This document shows positions 54,001 through 64,000 of a stretch of 64,000 nucleotides of DNA, one piece after another. Under the pieces are notes generated by a model. The model saw nothing but the letters and a program-made list of their open reading frames with translations, ran no database searches and had not been told where the DNA came from. The position numbers and the translations under genes were made by a program. The stretch spans positions 91,760,001 to 91,824,000 of the forward strand of contig OZ024745.1 in the NCBI GenBank assembly GCA_964016885.1, written 5' to 3'. Each line of letters opens with the position of its first letter. Positions within the stretch are counted from its first letter, which is position 1. Source of the DNA: Eledone cirrhosa. Its lineage: Eukaryota.

Positions 54001-57000
54001 ACAGTAAGTTATATTACTCTGCCTGAGTATCAAACAGCTCCACTAGATACAGTAAGTTATATTACTCTGCCTGAGTATCAAACAGCTCCACTACATACAG
54101 TAAGTTATAATACTCTGCCTGAGTATCAAACAGCTCCACTAGATACAGTAAGTTATATTACTCTGCCTGAGTATCAAACAGCTCCACTAGATACAGTAAG
54201 TTATATTACTCTGTCTGAGTATCAAACAGCTCCACTAGATACAGTAAGTTATATTACTCTGCCTGAGTATCAAACAGCTCCCCTATATACAGTAAGTTAT
54301 ATTACTCTGTCTGAGTATCAAACAGCTCCACTAGATACAGTTAGTTATATTACTCTGCCTGAGTATCAAGCAGCTCCAATACATACAGTAAGTTATATTA
54401 CTCTGCCTGAGTATCAAACAGCTCCACTAGATACAGTAAGTTATATTACTCTGCCTGAGTATCAAACAGCTCCACTAGATACAGTAAGTTATATTACTCT
54501 GTCTGAGTATCAAACAGCTCCACTAGATACAGTAAGTTATATTACTCTGCCTGAGTATCAAACAGCTCCACTAGATACAGTAAGTTACATTACTCTGCCT
54601 GAGTATCAAACAGCTCCACTAGATACAGTAAGTTATATTACTCTGTCTGAGTATCAAACAGCTCCACTAGATACAGTAAGTTATATTACTCTGCCTGAGT
54701 ATCAAACAGCTCTACTACATACAGTAAGTTATATTACTCTGCCTGAGTATCAAACAGCTCCACTAGATACAGTAAGTTATATTACTCTGCCTGAGTATCA
54801 AACAGCTCCACTACATACAGTAAGTTATATTACTCTGCCTGAGTATCAAACAGCTCCACTAGATACAGTAAGTTATATTACACTGCCTGAGTATCAAACA
54901 GCTCCACTAGGTACAGTAAGTTATATTACTCTGCCTGAGTATCAAACAGTTCCACTAGATGCAGTAAGTTATATTACTCTGCCTGAGTATCAAACAACTC
55001 CACTAGATACAGTAAGTTATATTACTCTGTCTGAGTATCAAACAGCTCCACTAGATACAGTAAGTTATATTACTCTGCCTGAGTATCAAACAGCTCCACT
55101 AGATACAGTAAGTTATATTACTCTGTCTGAGTATCAAACAGCTCCACTAGATACAGTAAGTTATATTACTCTGTCTGAGTATCAAACAGCTCCACTAGAT
55201 ACAGTAAGTTATATTACTCTGACTGAGTATCAAACAGCTCCACTAGATACAGTAAGTTATATTACTCTGCCTGAGTATTAAACAGCTCCACTAGATACGG
55301 TAAGTTAATTTACTCTGTCTGAGTATCAAATAGCTCCACTAGATACAGTAAGTTATATTACTCTGTCTGAGTATCAAACAGCTCCACTAGATACAGTAAG
55401 TTATATTACTCTGTCTGAGTATCAAACAGCTCCACTAGATACAGTAAGTTATGTTACTCTGTCTGAGTATCAAACAGCTCCACTACATACAGTAAGTTAT
55501 ATTACTCTGCCTGAGTATCAAACAGCTCCACTAGATACAGTAAGTTATATTACCCTGTCTGAGTATCAAACAGCTCCACTAGATACAGTAAGTTATGTTA
55601 CTCTGTCTGAGTATCAAACAGCTCCACTACATACAGTAAGTTATATTACTCTGCCTGAGTATCAAACAGCTCCACTAGATACAGTAAGTTAATTTACTCT
55701 GTCTGAGTATCAAATAGCTCCACTAGATACAGTAAGTTATATTACTCTGCCTGAGTATCAAACAGCTCCACTAGATACAGTAAGTTATATTACTCTGTCT
55801 GAGTATCAAACAGCTCCACTAGATACAGTAAGTTATATTACTCTGCCTGAGTATCAAACAGCTCCACTAGATACAGTAAGTTATATTACTCTGCCTGAGT
55901 ATCAAACGGCTCCACTAGATACAGTAAGTTATATTACTCTGTCTGAATATCAAACAGCTCCACTACATACAGTAAGTTATATTACTCTGCCTGAGTATCA
56001 AACGGCTCCACTAGATACAGTAAGTTATATTACTCTGCCTGAGTATCAAACAGCTCCCCTATATACAGTAAGTTATATTACTCTGCCTGAGTATCAAACA
56101 GCTCCACTAGATACAGTAAGTTATATTACTCTGCCTGAGTATCAAGCAGCTCCACTACATACAGTAAGTTATATTACTCTGCCTGAGTATCAAACAGCTC
56201 CACTAGATACAGTAAGTTATATTACTCTGCCTGAGTATCAAACAGCTCCCCTAGATACAGTAAGTTATATTACTCTGTCTGAGTATCAAACAGCTCCACT
56301 AGATACAGTAAGTTATATTACTCTGTCTGAGTATCAAACAGCTCCACTAGATACAGTAAGTTATATTACTCTGTCTGAGTATCAAACAGCTCCACTAGAT
56401 ACAGTAAGTTATATTACTCTGTCTGAGTATCAAACAGCTCCACTAGATACAGTAAGTTATATTACTCTGCCTGAGTATCAAACAGCTCCACTAGATACAG
56501 TAAGTTATATTACTCTGCCTGAGTATCAAACAGCTCCACTAGATACAGTAAGTTATATTACTCTGTCTGAGTATCAAACAGCTCCACTAGATACAGTAAG
56601 TTATATTACTCTGCCTGAGTATCAAACAGCTCCACTAGATACAGTAAGTTATATTACTCTGCCTGAGTATCAAACAGCTCCACTAGATACAGTAAGTTAT
56701 ATTACTCTGTCTGAGTATCAAACAGCTCCACTAGATACAGTAAGTTATATTACTCTGCCTGAGTATCAAACAGCTCCACTAGATACAGTAAGTTATATTA
56801 CTCTGCCTGAGTATCAAACGGCTCCACTAGATACAGTAAGTTATATTACTCTGTCTGAATATCAAACAGCTCCACTACATACAGTAAGTTATATTACTCT
56901 GCCTGAGTATCAAACGGCTCCACTAGATACAGTAAGTTATATTACTCTGCCTGAGTATCAAACAGCTCCCCTATATACAGTAAGTTATATTACTCTGCCT

Positions 57001-60000
57001 GAGTATCAAACAGCTCCACTAGATACAGTAAGTTATATTACTCTGCCTGAGTATCAAGCAGCTCCACTACATACAGTAAGTTATATTACTCTGCCTGAGT
57101 ATCAAACAGCTCCACTAGATACAGTAAGTTATATTACTCTGCCTGAGTATCAAACAGCTCCCCTAGATACAGTAAGTTATATTACTCTGTCTGAGTATCA
57201 AACAGCTCCACTAGATACAGTAAGTTATATTACTCTGTCTGAGTATCAAACAGCTCCACTAGATACAGTAAGTTATATTACTCTGTCTGAGTATCAAACA
57301 GCTCCACTAGATACAGTAAGTTATATTACTCTGTCTGAGTATCAAACAGCTCCACTAGATACAGTAAGTTATATTACTCTGCCTGAGTATCAAACAGCTC
57401 CACTAGATACAGTAAGTTATATTACTCTGCCTGAGTATCAAACAGCTCCACTAGATACAGTAAGTTATATTACTCTGTCTGAGTATCAAACAGCTCCACT
57501 AGATACAGTAAGTTATATTACTCTGCCTGAGTATCAAACAGCTCCACTAGATACAGTAAGTTATATTACTCTGCCTGAGTATCAAACAGCTCCACTAGAT
57601 ACAGTAAGTTATATTACTCTGTCTGAGTATCAAACAGCTCCACTAGATACAGTAAGTTATATTACTCTGCCTGAGTATCAAACAGCTCCACTAGGTACAG
57701 TAAGTTATATTACTCTGTCTGAGTATCAAACAGCTCCCCTAGATACAGTAAGTTATATTACTCTGTCTGAGTATCAAACATCTCCCCTAGATACAGTAAG
57801 TTATATTACTCTGCCTGAGTATCAGACAGCTCCACTAGATACAGTAAGTTATATTACTCTGTCTGAGTATCAAACAGCTCCACTAGATACAGTAAGTTAT
57901 ATTACTCTGTCTGAGTATCAAACACCTCCACTAGATACAGTAAGTTATATTACTCTGTCTGAGTATCAAACTGCTCCACAAGATACAGTAAGTTATATTA
58001 CTCTGTCTGATTATCAAACAGCTCCACTACATACAGTAAGTTATATTACTCTGCCTGAGTATCAAACAGCTCCACTACATACAGTAAGTTATATTACTCT
58101 GCCTGAGTATCAAACAGCTCCACTAGATACAGTAAGTTATATTACTCTGTCTGTGTATCAAACACCTCCACTAGATACAGTAAGTTAAATTACTCTGCCT
58201 GAGTATCAAACAGCTCCACTAGATACAGTAAGTTATATTACTCTGTCTGAGTATCAAACAGCTCCACTAGATACAGTAAGTTATATTACTCTGCCTGAGT
58301 ATCAAACAGCTCCACTAGATACAGTAAGTTATATTACTCTGCCTGAGTATCAAACAGCTCCACTAGATACAGTAAGTTATATTACTCTGCCTGCGTATCA
58401 AACAGCTCCACTAGATACAGTAAGTTATATTACTCTGTCTGAGTATCAAACAGCTCCACTAGATGCAGTAAGTTATATTACTCTGCCTGAGTATCAAACA
58501 GCTCCCCTATATACAGTAAGTTATATTACTCTGCCTGAGTATCAAACAGCTCCACTAGATACAGTAAGTTATATTACTCTGCCTGAGTATGAAGCAGCTC
58601 CACTACATACAGTAAGTTATATTACTCTGCCTGAGTATCAAACAGCTCCACTAGATACAGTAAGTTATATTACTCTGCCTGAGTATCAAACAGCTCCCTT
58701 AGATACAGTAAGCTATATTACTCTGCCTGAGTATCAAACAGCTCCACTAGATACAGTAAGTTATATTACTCTGTCTGAGTATCAAACAGCTCCACTAGAT
58801 ACAGTAAGTTATATTACTCTGCCTGAGTATCAAACAGCTCCACTAGATACAGTAAGTTATATTACTCTGCCTGAGTATCAAACAGCTCCACTAGATACAG
58901 TAAGTTATATTACTCTGTCTGAGTATCAAACAGCTCCACTAGATACAGTAAGTTATATTACTCTGCCTGAGTATCAAACAGCTCTACTACATACAGTAAG
59001 TTATATTACTCTGCCTGAGTATCAAACAGCTCCACTAGATACAGTAAGTTATATTACTCTGCCTGAGTATCAAACAGCTCCACTAGATACAGTAAGTTAT
59101 ATTACTCTGCCTGAGTATCAAACAGCTCCACTAGATACAGTAAGTTATATTACACTGCCTGAGTATCAAACAGCTCCACTAGGTACAGTAAGTTATATTA
59201 CTCTGCCTGAGTATCAAACAGTTCCACTAGATGCAGTAAGTTATATTACTCTGCCTGAGTATCAAACAACTCCACTAGATACAGTAAGTTATATTACTCT
59301 GTCTGAGTATCAAACAGCTCCACTAGATACAGTAAGTTATATTACTCTGTCTGAGTATCAAACACCTCCACTAGATACAGTAAGTTATATTACTCTGTCT
59401 GAGTATCAAACTGCTCCACTAGATACAGTAAGTTATATTACTCTGTCTGATTATCAAACAGCTCCACTACATACAGTAAGTTATATTACTCTGCCTGAGT
59501 ATCAAACAGCTCCCCTAGATACAGTAAGTTATATTACTCTGTCTGAGTATCAAACAGCTCCACTAGATACAGTAAGTTATATTACTCTGTCTGAGTATCA
59601 AACAGCTCCACTAGATACAGTAAGTTATATTACTCTGTCTGAGTATCAAACAGCTCCACTAGATACAGTAAGTTATATTACACTGCCTGAGTATCAAACA
59701 GCTCCACTAGGTACAGTAAGTTATATTACTCTGCCTGAGTATCAAACAGTTCCACTAGATGCAGTAAGTTATATTATTCTGCCTGAGTATCAAACAACTC
59801 CACTAGATACAGTAAGTTATATTACTCTGTCTGAGTATCAAACAGCTCCACTAGATACAGTAAGTTATATTACTCTGTCTGAGTATCAAACAGCTCCACT
59901 AGATACAGTAAGTTATATTACTCTGTCTGAGTATCAAACAGCTCCACTAGATACAGTAAGTTATATTACTCTGTCTGAGTATCAAACAGCTCCACTAGAT

Positions 60001-63000
60001 ACAGTAAGTTATATTACTCTGTCTGAGTATCAAACAGCTCCACTAGATACAGTAAGTTATATTACTCTGTCTGAGTATTAAACACCTCCACTAGATACAG
60101 TAAGTTATATTACTCTGTCTGAGTATCAAACTGCTCCACTAGATACAGTAAGTTATATTACTCTGTCTGATTATCAAACAGCTCCACTACATACAGTAAG
60201 TTATATTACTCTGCCTGAGTATCAAACAGCTCCACTACATACAGTAAGTTATATTACTCTGCCTGAGTATCAAACAGCTCCACTACATACAGTAAGTTAT
60301 ATTACTCTGCCTGAGTATCAAACAGCTCCACTAGATACAGTAAGTTATATTACTCTGTCTGTGTATCAAACACCTCCACTAGATACAGTAAGTTAAATTA
60401 CTCTGCCTGAGTATCAAACAGCTCCACTAGATACAGTAAGTTATATTACTCTGTCTGAGTATCAAACAGCTCCACTAGATACAGTAAGTTATATTACTCT
60501 GCCTGAGTATCAAACAGCTCCACTAGATACAGTAAGTTATATTACTCTGCCTGAGTATCAAACAGCTCCACTAGATACAGTAAGTTATATTACTCTGCCT
60601 GAGTATCAAACAGCTCCACTAGATACAGTAAGTTATATTACTCTGTCTGAGTATCAAACAGCTCCACTAGATACAGTAAGTTATATTACTCTGCCTGAGT
60701 ATCAAACAGCTCCCCTATATACAGTAAGTTATATTACTCTGCCTGAGTATCAAACAGCTCCACTAGATACAGTAAGTTATATTACTCTGCCTGAGTATCA
60801 AGCAGCTCCACTACATACAGTAAGTTATATTACTCTGCCTGAGTATCAAACAGCTCCACTAGATACAGTAAGTTATATTACTCTGCCTGAGTATCAAACA
60901 GCTCCCTTAGATACAGTAAGTTATATTACTCTGCCTGAGTATCAAACAGCTCCACTAGATACAGTAAGTTATATTACTCTGTCTGAGTATCAAACAGCTC
61001 CACTAGATACAGTAAGTTATATTACTCTGCCTGAGTATCAAACAGCTCCACTAGATACAGTAAGTTATATTACTCTGCCTGAGTATCAAACAGCTCCACT
61101 AGATACAGTAAGTTATATTACTCTGTCTGAGTATCAAACAGCTCCACTAGATACAGTAAGTTATATTACTCTGCCTGAGTATCAAACAGCTCTACTACAT
61201 ACAGTAAGTTATATTACTCTGCCTGAGTATCAAACAGCTCCACTAGATACAGTAAGTTATATTACTCTGCCTGAGTATCAAACAGCTCCACTACATACAG
61301 TAAGTTATATTACTCTGCCTGAGTATCAAACAGCTCCACTAGATACAGTAAGTTATATTACTCTGCCTGAGTATCAAACAGCTCCACTAGATACAGTAAG
61401 TTATATTACTCTGTCTGAGTATCAAACAGCTCCACTAGATACAGTAAGTTATATTACTCTGCCTGAGTATCAAACAGCTCCCCTATATACAGTAAGTTAT
61501 ATTACTCTGCCTGAGTATCAAACAGCTCCACTAGATACAGTTAGTTATATTACTCTGCCTGAGTATCAAGCAGCTCCAATACATACAGTAAGTTATATTA
61601 CTCTGCCTGAGTATCAAACAGCTCCACTAGATACAGTAAGTTATATTACTCTGCCTGAGTATCAAACAGCTCCACTAGATACAGTAAGTTATATTACTCT
61701 GTCTGAGTATCAAACAGCTCCACTAGATACAGTAAGTTATATTACTCTGCCTGAGTATCAAACAGCTCCACTAGATACAGTAAGTTATATTACTCTGCCT
61801 GAGTATCAAACAGCTCCACTAGATACAGTAAGTTATATTACTCTGTCTGAGTATCAAACAGCTCCACTAGATACAGTAAGTTATATTACTCTGCCTGAGT
61901 ATCAAACAGCTCTACTACATACAGTAAGTTATATTACTCTGCCTGAGTATCAAACAGCTCCACTAGATACAGTAAGTTATATTACTCTGCCTGAGTATCA
62001 AACAGCTCCACTACATACAGTAAGTTATATTACTCTGCCTGAGTATCAAACAGCTCCACTAGATACAGTAAGTTATATTACACTGCCTGAGTATCAAACA
62101 GCTCCACTAGGTACAGTAAGTTATATTACTCTGCCTGAGTATCAAACAGTTCCACTAGATGCAGTAAGTTATATTACTCTGCCTGAGTATCAAACAACTC
62201 CACTAGATACAGTAAGTTATATTACTCTGTCTGAGTATCAAACAGCTCCACTAGATACAGTAAGTTATATTACTCTGCCTGAGTATCAAACAGCTCCACT
62301 AGATACAGTAAGTTATATTACTCTGTCTGAGTATCAAACAGCTCCACTAGATACAGTAAGTTATATTACTCTGTCTGAGTATCAAACAGCTCCACTAGAT
62401 ACAGTAAGTTATATTACTCTGACTGAGTATCAAACAGCTCCACTAGATACAGTAAGTTATATTACTCTGCCTGAGTATTAAACAGCTCCACTAGATACGG
62501 TAAGTTAATTTACTCTGTCTGAGTATCAAATAGCTCCACTAGATACAGTAAGTTATATTACTCTGTCTGAGTATCAAACAGCTCCACTAGATACAGTAAG
62601 TTATATTACTCTGTCTGAGTATCAAACAGCTCCACTAGATACAGTAAGTTATGTTACTCTGTCTGAGTATCAAACAGCTCCACTACATACAGTAAGTTAT
62701 ATTACTCTGCCTGAGTATCAAACAGCTCCACTAGATACAGTAAGTTATATTACCCTGTCTGAGTATCAAACAGCTCCACTAGATACAGTAAGTTATGTTA
62801 CTCTGTCTGAGTATCAAACAGCTCCACTACATACAGTAAGTTATATTACTCTGCCTGAGTATCAAACAGCTCCACTAGATACAGTAAGTTAATTTACTCT
62901 GTCTGAGTATCAAATAGCTCCACTAGATACAGTAAGTTATATTACTCTGCCTGAGTATCAAACAGCTCCACTAGATACAGTAAGTTATATTACTCTGTCT

Positions 63001-64000
63001 GAGTATCAAACAGCTCCACTACATACAGTAAGTTATATTACTCTGCCTGAGTATCAAACGGCTCCACTAGATACAGTAAGTTATATTACTCTGCCTGAGT
63101 ATCAAACAGCTCCCCTATATACAGTAAGTTATATTACTCTGCCTGAGTATCAAACAGCTCCACTAGATACAGTAAGTTATATTACTCTGCCTGAGTATCA
63201 AGCAGCTCCACTACATACAGTAAGTTATATTACTCTGCCTGAGTATCAAACAGCTCCACTAGATACAGTAAGTTATATTACTCTGCCTGAGTATCAAACA
63301 GCTCCCCTAGATACAGTAAGTTATATTACTCTGTCTGAGTATCAAACAGCTCCACTAGATACAGTAAGTTATATTACTCTGTCTGAGTATCAAACAGCTC
63401 CACTAGATACAGTAAGTTATATTACTCTGCCTGAGTATCAAACAGCTCCACTAGATACAGTAAGTTATATTACTCTGCCTGAGTATCAAACAGCTCCACT
63501 AGATACAGTAAGTTATATTACTCTGTCTGAGTATCAAACAGCTCCACTAGATACAGTAAGTTATATTACTCTGCCTGAGTATCAAACAGCTCCGCTAGAT
63601 ACAGTAAGTTATATTACTCTGCCTGAGTATCAAACAGCTCCACTAGATACAGTAAGTTATATTACTCAGTCTGAGTATCAAACAGCTCCACTAGATACAG
63701 TAAGTTAAATTACTCTGCCTGAGTATCAAACAGCTCCACTAGGTACAGTAAGTTATATTACTCTGTCTGAGTATCAAACAGCTCCCCTAGATACAGTAAG
63801 TTATATTACTCTGTCTGAGTATCAAACATCTCCCCTAGATACAGTAAGTTATATTACTCTGCCTGAGTATCAGACAGCTCCACTAGATACAGTAAGTTAT
63901 ATTACTCTGTCTGAGTATCAAACAGCTCCACTAGATACAGTAAGTTATATTACTCTGTCTGAGTATCAAACAGCTCCACTAGATACAGTAAGTTATGTTA
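36100..64000. repeat. Large block duplication, offset 17,904 bp (373 monomers): about 36.1-46.2 kb recurs at about 54.0-64.0 kb and continues off the window
   Basis: Offset 17904 for TATAATAC 36206/54110, GAATAT 38043/55947 and 38955/56859, CCACAAG 40076/57980, TATGAAG 40687/58591, TATTCTG 41873/59777 and TATTAAACACC 42175/60079. The offset becomes 17760 afterwards (CCGCTAG 45834/63594). Confidence 0.93.
46400..57690. repeat. Block duplication, offset 5856 bp (122 monomers): about 46.4-51.8 kb recurs at about 52.26-57.7 kb
   Basis: GAGTGTC 46493/52349, CTCTCCTATAT 47081/52937, CCTTTAG 48090/53946 and TATAATAC 48254/54110 all lie at offset 5856. Confidence 0.9.

Larger units (their letters stand above)
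1..64000. repeat. 48-bp tandem satellite/minisatellite array, about 1,333 head-to-tail copies, truncated by both window edges
   Basis: Seen directly: the unit TACAGTAAGTTATATTACTCTGYCTGAGTATCAAACAGCTCCACTAGA recurs every 48 nt (line pattern repeats every 240 nt = 5 units) from base 1 to 64000. Most copies differ from consensus by 0-2 substitutions. All copies are in the same orientation, with no intervening unique DNA. Confidence 0.99.

Noticed and set aside
1-64000. CRISPR array
   Set aside because: There are no unique spacers (the whole 48 bp is repeated), no leader and no cas genes.
1-64000. Rolling-circle or sequencing concatemer artefact of one 48-bp circle, or a synthetic array
   Set aside because: Variants are shared hierarchically in long ordered blocks at exact monomer offsets and indels are almost absent. 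This is unlike random read error or a designed construct. Block-level mis-assembly remains possible.
1-64000. Minus-strand coding or inverted array segments
   Set aside because: All three minus-strand frames have a stop in the consensus monomer, and I saw no orientation switch.

Overview
The whole 64-kb window is one uninterrupted head-to-tail tandem array (satellite/giant minisatellite) of a 48-bp unit, consensus TACAGTAAGTTATATTACTCTG(C/T)CTGAGTATCAAACAGCTCCACTAGA (about 35-38% GC, no CpG in the consensus), about 1,333 copies, running off both window ends. I found no unique sequence, RNA gene, transposon, CRISPR spacer or credible gene. The two ORFs are by-products of the one stop-free frame of a 16-codon unit, started by rare CTG>GTG variants and ended by recurrent TAA variants. 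The informative content is in the monomer variants. They show nested block duplications at exact multiples of 48 bp (5, 13, 19, 37, 79, 101, 118, 122 and 373 units), a change of variant repertoire near 11 kb, and only one visible non-unit indel (1 bp at 35183/35184). Each unit also carries a perfect GTAAGT splice-donor hexamer at a codon boundary of the open frame, so the array may have grown from an amplified eukaryotic exon/intron junction. That is inference; organism and function cannot be determined from this window.
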